Source of the DNA: Parcubacteria group bacterium
GTDB lineage: Bacteria > Patescibacteriota > Minisyncoccia > Phycocordibacterales > JABMNX01
DNA: 47,313 nucleotides
Reading direction: 5' to 3'
Assembly (NCBI GenBank): GCA_016784305.1
Contig: JADHUY010000001.1
Coordinates: 1-47,313 of the forward strand
In this document: one piece after another, positions 31,838 through 40,916 of the stretch
How positions within the stretch are numbered: position 1 is the stretch's first letter
Layout: each line of letters opens with the position of its first letter
The notes under the pieces: generated by a model
Told to the model about the DNA's origin: nothing
Seen by the model: the letters and a program-made list of their open reading frames with translations, nothing else
Databases searched by the model: none
Program-made: the position numbers and the translations under genes

Positions 31838-33592
31838 ATGAACGAAAAGTTAGAGCAAACTCGGCATTCCCTATCCCATGTGCTTGCGATGGCTGTTCTT
31901 GAATATGACCCTGATGTAAAAATGGCTATTGGACCAGTTATTGACACTGGTTTTTATTATGATTTTGAATTCTCTGTCGGAAAAACGCCGGGCGAGGCTG
32001 ATTTACAAAAACTTGAGAAGGAGATGAAAAATATACTTAAGAGAGGATTTTCTCCTAAGTGCAAAGAAATAAATGAAGAGGAAGCAAAAAAATTGTTCAA
32101 GGAACAACCGTACAAATTAGAACTAATTGACGAAATTATCTCTAATGGAAATAAACTCTCAGTGTACGAAATTGTAGGGTTCGTTGACCTTTGTGAAGGC
32201 CCTCATGTTGAATCTTCAAAAGAAATAGATCAGAAAGCTTTTAAACTCATGAGCGTTGCGGGAGCATATTGGCGTGGAGATGAGAAAAACAAAATGCTAA
32301 CACGTATATATGGGGCTTCATTTGAGACTACAGAAGAGTTAGATGCATACATTGAGCAAATCGACGAGGCGAAAAAGAGAGACCATAGGAAACTTGGAAA
32401 AGAACTAGATTTATTTACATTTTCAGACCTTGTCGGACCTGGACTTCCCCTTTTCACTCCAAAAGGAACAGTAATGAGGAATCTAATAGTTGAAAAAATA
32501 CAAAACATACAACAAAAGTACGACTACAAGCCGGTTTGGATTCCACACATCACTAAAACTGACTTATATAAAACCTCTGGCCACTGGGATAAATTTGGAG
32601 ATGAGCTATTTCACGTAAAAGGAAAGTCAAATTCTGAGTTTGTAATGAAGCCCATGAATTGTCCGCACCACACTCAGATATACGCTAGCTCTCCAAAAAG
32701 TTACAAAGACCTGCCCGTAAGGTATACAGAAACTACAACTAATTACAGAGACGAACAAGCAGGTGAGCTACTAGGACTTTCTCGTGTAAGAAGCATAACG
32801 CAAGACGATGGGCATGTATTTTGTACAGAGGAACAAATTGAGCAGGAAGTAAACATAATCGTTCAAGTAGTAAGAGAGTTCTACGACTACTTGGGGATGC
32901 TTAAGGAAAATAAATACTGGGTATCACTTTCGGTTCGTGACCCAAATACACCTGAAAATTACTTAGGTGATGGCAAGGTCTGGGATAATTCAGAAAAAAT
33001 ACTTGAGGATATAGCAAAGAAGGGGGGTCTTGAGTATAAGCGCGTTGAAGGAGAAGCCGCATTTTACGGACCTAAATTAGACTTTATGTTTAAAGATGCC
33101 ATAGGTCGTGAGTGGCAACTAGCGACAATACAACTAGATTTTAATATGCCGGAGAGGTTTTCTCTTGAGTATATAGACAAGGGAAACGAAAGAAAAACGC
33201 CGGTCATGATACACCGAGCAATCGCGGGTTCTCTTGAGAGATTTATGTCTGTAATGATAGAGCACTTTGCTGGAGCGTTTCCCCTGTGGCTCTCCCCTGT
33301 CCAAGTTAAAGTACTCCCTATTGGTGAGAGTCACCGAGAGTATGCAAAAGAAGTTGAAGATAGACTTCGCGAAGAAGGAATACGTGTTGAAATAGATGGA
33401 AGCGACGAGACTCTTGGAAAGCGAATTAGGGTAGGAAAGACTGAAAAAGTACCCTACATACTAGTAGTAGGCGATAAAGAAATTGAATTAAGGACAGTTA
33501 ATGTTGAAAGTCGCGATAGTGGCGACCTCGGAGCTAAAAAACTTGATGAGCTAGTAGCAGATTTAAAGAGTGAAATAAAAGCAAAAGGCTAA
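31838..33592 (+). CDS. thrS: threonine--tRNA ligase (no N-terminal TGS domain)
   Basis: RHSLSHVLAMAV (editing-domain His motif), RDHRKLGKELDLF, and the class II core and anticodon-binding domain. Confidence 0.95.
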   Translation: MNEKLEQTRHSLSHVLAMAVLEYDPDVKMAIGPVIDTGFYYDFEFSVGKTPGEADLQKLEKEMKNILKRGFSPKCKEINEEEAKKLFKEQPYKLELIDEIISNGNKLSVYEIVGFVDLCEGPHVESSKEIDQKAFKLMSVAGAYWRGDEKNKMLTRIYGASFETTEELDAYIEQIDEAKKRDHRKLGKELDLFTFSDLVGPGLPLFTPKGTVMRNLIVEKIQNIQQKYDYKPVWIPHITKTDLYKTSGHWDKFGDELFHVKGKSNSEFVMKPMNCPHHTQIYASSPKSYKDLPVRYTETTTNYRDEQAGELLGLSRVRSITQDDGHVFCTEEQIEQEVNIIVQVVREFYDYLGMLKENKYWVSLSVRDPNTPENYLGDGKVWDNSEKILEDIAKKGGLEYKRVEGEAAFYGPKLDFMFKDAIGREWQLATIQLDFNMPERFSLEYIDKGNERKTPVMIHRAIAGSLERFMSVMIEHFAGAFPLWLSPVQVKVLPIGESHREYAKEVEDRLREEGIRVEIDGSDETLGKRIRVGKTEKVPYILVVGDKEIELRTVNVESRDSGDLGAKKLDELVADLKSEIKAKG

Positions 33593-33742
33593 ACAGGGCC
33601 ATTTCCAACGGCAGAACCGATTCTCCTATTGGAATCTTAATAGAAGAAGCTTATATGTGCACGTCACCTTCTCATCATGGTGCAAAGATTTAGATAGGCT
33701 CTTAGATGTTTTATTCGCGCTTTTTGCTATTAACCGTTTACT

Positions 33743-35671
33743 TTATGAGCGCTTTACTGAATGAATGAAATCAAGAACTCTAAGTATTGCCACCTTAACC
33801 CCAGCTTGAGATGAGCGGTACGTATGATCCACACCAGTAGTTAGAAGAACTACTACTTCTTCCAACTCCTCTTCTGTGAGCTTAGAAGATATGGATAATA
33901 GATGCTCGTCCGTATCACCATTTGCTTTACCTAAACGATGTGCCAATACCCTATCGAGCTCACAAAGTGTTGTACATAGAAACATTTCTTGGTCTACTTT
34001 TTTAAAGTGAAGCTCTTGTAGAAATTCAAAAACTTTTTTACGGTCTGCCTGTGCCAAATGCTCAATAAAGGTATACACATCGTTTAGCGTGGCTCTTGAA
34101 AGACCGCCTTCCTCTTCATTAAACCTTGATGGGTATTTATTAGAAATATTATTTCGCATTTGTTGTGTCATGGGAACACGTTTTATGTGAAGCCATGGCT
34201 CATCTCCGTTTACTCCATTAAATACCATCTCATCCCCGCACTCATCTACAAATTCTTCAGCCTCCATATCAATATCTCCCTCAGTATTTTCAGATTCTCC
34301 TTCATCCTCAAACCCATGGTCAAAAATACTACGAGAAACAGACTTACTAGGAACTATTTCATCAGCATGCTGTACAGAATTTATACGCTCAGTATTTTCA
34401 AAAAGTGAGTAGCCGAAAAATTTGCCGGCATAGTTTTTAAAAGTAGTGAGGAGCCTTAAATTAAATATTTTGGGATTTACTACAGTGACAACGTACGCAA
34501 TTGCCGCGCTCCACAATGCTAAAATAAGCCAATATAAAAATATATACATACCAGATGCATTAAACCCAGTGTATGGTATTTGACTAAGTGTAATGAATGC
34601 AAGAGGCTGTGCTCCAGCTCTATCAAGAAAAGAAACTCTCGGTGAAAATATACCTCCGCCTCCGCTCCCACTTGGTCTTGTTGGGGCTGTCACGTTAAGA
34701 CTTGCATTACACTCCACTGTGCCACCTGCTCCAGAAAATGTGGCGCTGTAACTCGTAGGGTTATTTGGAGAAATAGTTTGTGAACCGGAAGCTAGTGGAG
34801 AGATAGCATTAATTCCGTTATTAACGCTCCCGCTACTTGAATTGGTTGAAACCCACGAAAGAGTTGCATTTCCCCCCTGCTCTATCTCTGATGGAGAAAT
34901 AGAAAGTGAACAGATTGGGGCTGGAATTGGTGGCGGTGGAGCAATATTAACCGTAACACTAGTACTACACGCTCCAGAACCACCTGCACCTAAAAAGGTA
35001 GCGGTGTATGTAGTGCTTATTGTTGGTGTAACAATCTCTGAGCTATTGGTGGATATTGAACCTATTCCATTATCAATACTTCCGCTTACGGCGTTGGTTG
35101 AGGACCAAGAAAGAGTGGTGCTGTCTCCCGCTGTGATTGTTGTAAGAGAAGCACTAATCGCACACGTTGGAGCTGGAGTTGGCGCAACCACCGATAGAGG
35201 TGGTGATGGGGTTGGAATAGGTGCTGGTGGCGGAGTGGGTGCCACTGGTGCTGGGGACGGCGTAGGTGTGGGTGTGGGTGCAGGTGGTGGAGTAGGAGCT
35301 GGAGGTGGTGGAGTTGAAGTAGTTCCACTGCCTCCACCTGCAAAAGAGCCGGAAGTTCCACCACTTGTATCGGAACCTCCGTCAGAACCTCCGCCACTTG
35401 TATCCGCTCCATTATCACCGCCACCACCGCTGGTATCAGATCCTCCATCAGAACCTCCTCCACTAGTGTCAGCCCCGCCATCTCCGCCCCCATCTCCTCC
35501 ACCACCACCGCCATCACCTCCTCCTCCACTAAAAGCATGTGAAGTAGAAGGACCCGTAAAATAGTCGGTGACTACAAATGGAAATGAAAACATCAACAAA
35601 CATAAAAATAAGGTCATTAAAACCCTTACATAGATCGTATAAGAAAGAAAAGTTTTTTCTGTATTCTTCAT
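33743..35671 (-). CDS. bitopic surface protein: signal peptide, Gly/Asp/Ser-rich and Pro-rich tracts, two Cys-bounded Ig-like modules, IPYTG plus TM segment, ~245-aa cytoplasmic domain
   Basis: Translation of the 642-aa ORF. IPYTG is at residues 365-369 (nt 34565..34579), followed by MYIFLYWLILALWSAAIAYVVTVV and then NPKIFNLR. Confidence 0.85.
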   Translation of the reverse strand: MKNTEKTFLSYTIYVRVLMTLFLCLLMFSFPFVVTDYFTGPSTSHAFSGGGGDGGGGGGDGGGDGGADTSGGGSDGGSDTSGGGGDNGADTSGGGSDGGSDTSGGTSGSFAGGGSGTTSTPPPPAPTPPPAPTPTPTPSPAPVAPTPPPAPIPTPSPPLSVVAPTPAPTCAISASLTTITAGDSTTLSWSSTNAVSGSIDNGIGSISTNSSEIVTPTISTTYTATFLGAGGSGACSTSVTVNIAPPPPIPAPICSLSISPSEIEQGGNATLSWVSTNSSSGSVNNGINAISPLASGSQTISPNNPTSYSATFSGAGGTVECNASLNVTAPTRPSGSGGGGIFSPRVSFLDRAGAQPLAFITLSQIPYTGFNASGMYIFLYWLILALWSAAIAYVVTVVNPKIFNLRLLTTFKNYAGKFFGYSLFENTERINSVQHADEIVPSKSVSRSIFDHGFEDEGESENTEGDIDMEAEEFVDECGDEMVFNGVNGDEPWLHIKRVPMTQQMRNNISNKYPSRFNEEEGGLSRATLNDVYTFIEHLAQADRKKVFEFLQELHFKKVDQEMFLCTTLCELDRVLAHRLGKANGDTDEHLLSISSKLTEEELEEVVVLLTTGVDHTYRSSQAGVKVAILRVLDFIHSVKRS

Positions 35672-35699
35672 AACTTATTATTTCTATAAAAATAGGGTC

Positions 35700-35729
35700 A
35701 TCGGATGAGGCAAACCTGCCCCACCCGAT
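35700..35729 (-). terminator. terminator of the GC-rich lipoprotein gene
   Basis: On minus-strand RNA, AUCGGGUGGGG-loop-CCUCAUCCGAU forms 11 bp including 2 G-U pairs, followed by a T-rich tract. Confidence 0.55.
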
Positions 35730-35735
35730 CCCTAG

Positions 35736-36926
35736 TCATGCCAAGACCATGTGCACGTTTCGTGAACACCGGCCTTGCCAACTGACGAGCCGTAGCTCAC
35801 GACGCCTTGACTCCGGATTAACAGAAGGCGACATGAACTCATTAGAAACCATCATTCGCACCATCGAACCTTTTGGAAGCTCGGTTGGTGAAAACTTCAC
35901 CCAAATCATCCCATCTGAGAAACGGAATGTCTGAGATTCGCCTTCAGTCCCGTCTGGATTGATTATACTCACACGAACTGCCGATTGCTTTGAAGTTTTG
36001 CTAATACTCCCGGCGTCCGCCATTTGGCGAAGCTCTTTCCCATAAGTTGTGGAGAATGAGCCCGTCGATACAAAGTGCCGGCGTCCATCACTCTCGGCCC
36101 TAATCACAAGCTGTTGCATAGGATTCGGCAAGGTGCCGAAATCCCAACCATGAATGGTCAGCAACCCCTCGGTGCAAGATGGTAGGAGTCCACTCCCTTC
36201 TTGTCCAGTTGCATGCAGGTTGGTCGGCAACGCTTGTCGCGGTACACCATGCCGACCCCCGCTGTATAGGTTAGAAATAACTGGTTTCGGAGGAGTGTCG
36301 AATTCTTTTTGACGCCTTTTCTTTTCCCAATTATTTCTTTCCTTGAGTGTTTTCCATGGACTCAATGATACGGTCGGAGGACCGTCACGGAATGTGTAAT
36401 TGTCCTTCGTGTAGAAGACAAATACTCGGATCACCCAAGCACCATCCGTGGTCTTTGCAACCGTCGGGAAGGCGAGCTTTTGGGTTAGATCGTAAGCGAA
36501 CGGGCCGGTTCCCATGACCGCGATGCTTGCCTCATAAAATCCATTGCCAACATTTCTTAGATCGAACAGATCTGTCCCTGGGTTTAGGCACCGTGCCTCT
36601 AGCTGGCGATGTTTGAAATCGGCACCCTTCGGGCCCTTTTCCATCTCACTTCGTATTGGAACGAAATGAGGCGACGTACAACTGTTTGGGCTTTCAGGGT
36701 TCCAGCCACTGCGGTCAATGACAGTCAAAATTTGTCTGCCAACGTTGGCCAAATCAATTACAGGAACCTTGGGTGTTCCGACTGCCAACGATTGACCAGA
36801 ACCAAACTGCTGTATAATCAGCGGTGATTTGCTAGTAGGGCCAGGTGGCCCAGATAGGCACCCAGTTAATATGAGAAGAGAGGCTGCCGTCAAAACAACC
36901 CCACACAATGAACTAAAGTGGTTCAT
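35736..36926 (-). CDS. GC-rich hypothetical lipoprotein
   Basis: Lipobox LILTGC after a hydrophobic N-terminus. SD AAAGGGGGG 6 nt before the ATG. Hand count gives 33/60 G+C at 36061-36120. Confidence 0.75.
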   Translation of the reverse strand: MNHFSSLCGVVLTAASLLILTGCLSGPPGPTSKSPLIIQQFGSGQSLAVGTPKVPVIDLANVGRQILTVIDRSGWNPESPNSCTSPHFVPIRSEMEKGPKGADFKHRQLEARCLNPGTDLFDLRNVGNGFYEASIAVMGTGPFAYDLTQKLAFPTVAKTTDGAWVIRVFVFYTKDNYTFRDGPPTVSLSPWKTLKERNNWEKKRRQKEFDTPPKPVISNLYSGGRHGVPRQALPTNLHATGQEGSGLLPSCTEGLLTIHGWDFGTLPNPMQQLVIRAESDGRRHFVSTGSFSTTYGKELRQMADAGSISKTSKQSAVRVSIINPDGTEGESQTFRFSDGMIWVKFSPTELPKGSMVRMMVSNEFMSPSVNPESRRRELRLVSWQGRCSRNVHMVLA

Positions 36927-36980
36927 AAAGAACCCCCCTTTTTGTAAAGAACTTATATTGTACTCCTGCGGGATTGCAAG

Positions 36981-37019
36981 GAGCCATTTACTTTAAAATA
37001 ATTTTAAAGTAAATGGCTC
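36981..37019. terminator. 39-nt perfect palindrome overlapping the sortase stop codon
   Basis: gagccatttactttaaaat-a-attttaaagtaaatggctc. The right arm encodes the sortase C-terminus ESHLL*. Confidence 0.6.
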
Positions 37020-37633
37020 TCAACAAAATTTGCTTCAACCACAAAGCGCTCATCCACAGACCCAAAAGAATTGCAGGTAGAAAGTGTCAATTTCTTATTC
37101 CCCTTTCGCAAGTCAACAAATGCCTCGCCCGCATCCGTTAAACGAACTACCTCTACCTTATATACATACTCTTTCTCGTTTGATTCAACTTTTATAATGT
37201 CTCCAATCCTAAGTCTCTCTAAATTGTTAAAAACCTTATAGCTTTCATTACGGACTATTGGAAGAAAGCTTGAGTGACCAAACAGAAAAACGTTTGCTTC
37301 CTCTTCAAGTGTGCCTGAACCTGGGTAATGTACTACTCCGTCCTTAAGTGCTCTATCAAGCAGGGTCAAGTCTCTACTTTCTGGGTTTACTATATTTGCG
37401 TCAATACCAACAGACGGTATTACAATACGAATTGGGTCAGCACCCACTTCTGACACTTTGTCTTTACTCTCTTTCAAAGAACCGTCTTTTTCAACTACTT
37501 CTGGTGTGAACCCTAAAATCGTTAGAAGTGAGAAAGTTATGAAGAATATAACGATAAAGGAAAAGGCGAAACGCCACTTGCTTCTAACAAGATTATCAAA
37601 AATTCTTTTAGAAAAAATACTGATATCTACCAT
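37004..37633 (-). CDS. sortase family transpeptidase, membrane-anchored
   Basis: N-terminal TM, PIRIVIPSVGID, LFGHSS (catalytic His), KLTLSTCNSFG (TLxTC Cys) and ERFVV (Arg). Confidence 0.85.
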   Translation of the reverse strand: MVDISIFSKRIFDNLVRSKWRFAFSFIVIFFITFSLLTILGFTPEVVEKDGSLKESKDKVSEVGADPIRIVIPSVGIDANIVNPESRDLTLLDRALKDGVVHYPGSGTLEEEANVFLFGHSSFLPIVRNESYKVFNNLERLRIGDIIKVESNEKEYVYKVEVVRLTDAGEAFVDLRKGNKKLTLSTCNSFGSVDERFVVEANFVESHLL

Positions 37634-37792
37634 ACGTTCATAATCGCAAAAGTCAAGACCTAAAATGCCTTAATATGGCCAAAACCTAATAACACGCAAA
37701 TACTACAGACTTTTCCCATTTAATCAACAAGTGGCTTTTGATTGACGCCGAAGCTGTGAAATGTTATTAAATCAAACGTATATAACTACTAT

Positions 37793-38503
37793 ATGAAAAA
37801 AGAAGATAAAAATATTACTGACACAGCGACCAAAGCACTAGCAGTGCTTGGATTTATAGCAATTCTTGGCGTTGGTGCGTTTGCTGGTGTAAAAGTGGTC
37901 AAACTGCTTCCAAATGCACTTTCATCGCTTGCGGCAGTGACCACCAGCATCACTTCAATTTTCATACCAAGCAAAGAGGTCAAGATTAATACATTGGACT
38001 CTGACCTATCATCTGACACATTAATTGAAGTTAGCGACACATACACTCCCACGAGAGCTGTGACAGAGGGCAGAAGAGAAGATAGGGCATTCCCACTCAC
38101 TGGTGAAGTATCAAACGTGCCATTAGTTGGAGAGGCGGACCTTACAGCTCGGGTACTTTCAACGGGCATTGTAGATAGAAGTACTAATTCTTACACGGCC
38201 ACCACTACAATAAAGACATCCGACAGAGCTGCTATACGTTTTGAGATAGAAAACATTGGTGGAAAACCAACTGGTGCCTGGACATTTAATGTTGTACTGC
38301 CAACATATCCTAGTCATATTTTTCACTCTACAACACAGCGAGAACTAGCCTCTGGAGATAAAATAGAATTTACTATGGGCTTTGACCAAATTGCAGACAA
38401 TGAAGAAGGAGAAATTATAATAAATGTTGACCCAACGCAAAGCGTTAAGGAAAAAACAAAAGAAAATAATATTGTTAAGCATACAATAAAGCTTGCCAGG
38501 TAA
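37793..38503 (+). CDS. membrane-anchored protein with CARDB-like beta-sandwich domain
   Basis: N-terminal TM. AAIRFEIENIGGKPTGAWTFNVVLP...GDKIEFTMGF...IIINVDP resembles the CARDB pattern. Confidence 0.7.
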   Translation: MKKEDKNITDTATKALAVLGFIAILGVGAFAGVKVVKLLPNALSSLAAVTTSITSIFIPSKEVKINTLDSDLSSDTLIEVSDTYTPTRAVTEGRREDRAFPLTGEVSNVPLVGEADLTARVLSTGIVDRSTNSYTATTTIKTSDRAAIRFEIENIGGKPTGAWTFNVVLPTYPSHIFHSTTQRELASGDKIEFTMGFDQIADNEEGEIIINVDPTQSVKEKTKENNIVKHTIKLAR

Positions 38504-38523
38504 CCCGAAGGTCAAATACAAGA

Positions 38524-40644
38524 CTAGATATCTATATTAGCGTTCTTTGCGTTTGATTGGATGAAGCTCTTTCTTGCTGCCACATCTGTACCCATCAAAA
38601 TATCAAAAATCTTATCCGCCTCTCGCGCATCCTCAATATTTACTTGTTTTAGTACTCTCTTCTCTGGATCCATAGTAGTTTCCTTAAGCTCTTCTGGATT
38701 CATTTCACCAAGACCTTTATATCTTTGAATAGTGACTTTATTTGCTCTTACTTTTTTCTTTGCGTCGTCTTCTGCCCCATCCTCTTCTTCAGACTCTTCC
38801 TCGTCCTCGCCTGACTCATCTACTTCTTCTATTAAAGACACCTCCCCTCCGACAAGCTTGTCTTTTTCCTCTTCCGAGTACGCATAACTAACCTCTTTGC
38901 CTTTTTTAATTTTATAAAGAGGTGGTTGTGCGATGTATAGATACCCACCTTCAATGATGGGTTTAAAGTAGCGATAAAATAAAGTCAAAAGAAGTGTGCG
39001 TATGTGCGCTCCATCCACGTCGGCATCTGTTGCGATAATGACTTTATGATAGCGAAGTTTTTCTATATCAAACGTATCTCCGATAGCAGTTCCAAGAGCT
39101 ACAATAAGCGCCCTTATTTCAGTAGATGTAAGCATTTTATCCAAGCGCGCCCTCTCAACATTTAAAATCTTTCCGCGAAGTGGCAGTATCGCTTGTGTTC
39201 GCCTGTCGCGCCCCTGCTTTGATGAGCCTCCAGCTGAATCCCCTTCCACAATAAATAGCTCTGCTTCGGCAGCATTACGCACTTGGCAATCCGCAAGCTT
39301 GCCTGGAAGTGTTAGCCCTTCAAGCGCTCCTTTTCTAAGGACACTATCTTTTGCAGCTTTTGCAGCTTTGCGAGCCTTAAGAGCAAGTGTTGCTTTGCCA
39401 ATTATTAATCTAGCGTCATCAGGATGCTCCTCAAGAAAACTTGCAAATGCGTCTCCAAAAACGGCCTCCGTAGCACCGCGTGCCTCCATAGAACCTAATT
39501 TACCCTTGGTTTGACCCTCAAACTGAATCTCTTGGAGCTTTACAGAAACAACAACAGTCAGCCCCTCAAGCACATCATCGCCTGTGAATGCTTCAATTTC
39601 CTTTGCCGCGCTTTTACCGTTGCCACTCTTACCAGCTCCACTTTTCTTCATGTAAGCATTGAGTGTGCGAGTAAGAGCCGTCTTAAAACCTGTCACGTGA
39701 GTTCCGCCCTCTGCGTTATAAGTGTTGTTAGCAAATGCGGAGAGTCTAGAAGAAATGTCGTCCACATACTGAAGCGCCACCTCAACGTTTACTCCATCTA
39801 CTTCTTTTTCAACATAAAAAACATTTTTGTGAATTGGCTTTTGATATCTGTTTTGAAAAGTAACCAATGACTCAAGCCCGCCTTCGAAATAAAAGGTCAT
39901 TGATGGAACTTCTCTATTAAGCTCCCTCATGTAGATTACGCTTGTATCATCAAACTTCTCCTCATGCTCGCGAAAATCAAATATAGAAATCTTCAACTTC
40001 TTAACCAAGTACGCCTGCAGGCGCAAGTGGGAAACTATTTTGCCCCAGTCAAAAACAACTTCAGTAAATATTGAATCATCCGGTTCAAATGTGATGATGG
40101 TCCCTGTGATATCGGACGCCCCTACTTTCTTTACTTTACCGGTAGACTTTCCACCATTTTTATATTCCTGAACATACTTCCCGCCATCTCGGTGAATCTC
40201 AGCGCGTGTGTTTACTGAAAGAGCGTTTACAACTGAAATACCAACACCGTGTAGTCCACCTGAAACTTTATATCCTTCTCCACCAAACTTTCCGCCTGCG
40301 TGAAGTGTGGTCATAATGGTTTCAAGCGCAGAGACTTTTGTCTTCTTGTGTGTATCAACTGGAATACCCCGCCCATTGTCAACTACACGCACGCGGTTGC
40401 CGGGTAGAAGTGCCACTTCAACATCATCAGCAAAGCCACCCATTGCCTCATCACGTGAGTTGTCAAAAACTTCCCATACAAGGTGATGAAGTCCATCAGG
40501 ACCGGTGGTACCAATATACATTCCAGGGCGACGCCTTACGGCTTCAAGCCCCTCTAATACCGTAATATCCTCGGCACTATATGAGCCAGTCGCACTCTTA
40601 GGTGCTTCTTTTATGCTTTTTTTTACTTCTTTTTTAGCTGTCAT
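38524..40644 (-). CDS. gyrB: DNA gyrase subunit B (with acidic insertion near the C-terminus)
   Basis: GLHHLVWEVFDNSRDEAMGG, EGDSAGGS (Toprim), PLRGKILNVE, and QRYKGLGEMNPE. Confidence 0.96.
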   Translation of the reverse strand: MTAKKEVKKSIKEAPKSATGSYSAEDITVLEGLEAVRRRPGMYIGTTGPDGLHHLVWEVFDNSRDEAMGGFADDVEVALLPGNRVRVVDNGRGIPVDTHKKTKVSALETIMTTLHAGGKFGGEGYKVSGGLHGVGISVVNALSVNTRAEIHRDGGKYVQEYKNGGKSTGKVKKVGASDITGTIITFEPDDSIFTEVVFDWGKIVSHLRLQAYLVKKLKISIFDFREHEEKFDDTSVIYMRELNREVPSMTFYFEGGLESLVTFQNRYQKPIHKNVFYVEKEVDGVNVEVALQYVDDISSRLSAFANNTYNAEGGTHVTGFKTALTRTLNAYMKKSGAGKSGNGKSAAKEIEAFTGDDVLEGLTVVVSVKLQEIQFEGQTKGKLGSMEARGATEAVFGDAFASFLEEHPDDARLIIGKATLALKARKAAKAAKDSVLRKGALEGLTLPGKLADCQVRNAAEAELFIVEGDSAGGSSKQGRDRRTQAILPLRGKILNVERARLDKMLTSTEIRALIVALGTAIGDTFDIEKLRYHKVIIATDADVDGAHIRTLLLTLFYRYFKPIIEGGYLYIAQPPLYKIKKGKEVSYAYSEEEKDKLVGGEVSLIEEVDESGEDEEESEEEDGAEDDAKKKVRANKVTIQRYKGLGEMNPEELKETTMDPEKRVLKQVNIEDAREADKIFDILMGTDVAARKSFIQSNAKNANIDI

Positions 40645-40784
40645 AATACGAAAATATAGCCCTCTCAGGCTCCCCTATTTTAGCAGAAATTTCCCTATAA
40701 ATATAGGTCTTAGAGCAAAGTTCAAGAATAATACAATAACTCACAATCTCACACAGGCTAGTGGCAGAACCACGCTATATTAGA

Positions 40785-40862
40785 CCCATATTAGCTCCTC
40801 GGCTCGGAAATGCGAAAGCCTTAACGGCTTTTTCGTTTCTCTTGCTCTACGTCACTAATAAA
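40785..40862 (-). promoter_or_regulatory. conserved upstream module, copy 2, 140 nt before the gyrB ATG
   Basis: CCCATATTAGCTCCTCGGCTCGGAAAT is identical to 18754..18780. The distal box TACGTCACTAAT differs by 1 nt from copy 1. A small hairpin (aaagcc/ggcttt) lies between the two boxes. Confidence 0.5.
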
Positions 40863-40916
40863 GGTTTTTTGCACATTATAGTGCACCTAAGAGGGCTTAT
40901 TTTAGCCCCCTAAAGA

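Noticed and set aside
34842-35564. 240-aa plus-strand ORF (Pro/Gly-rich), and the 150-aa minus-frame ORF at 35086..35538
   Set aside because: These are antisense or alternate-frame shadows of the low-complexity Gly/Pro-coding tract of the 33743..35671 gene, whose frame alone gives a signal peptide, modules and a TM segment.
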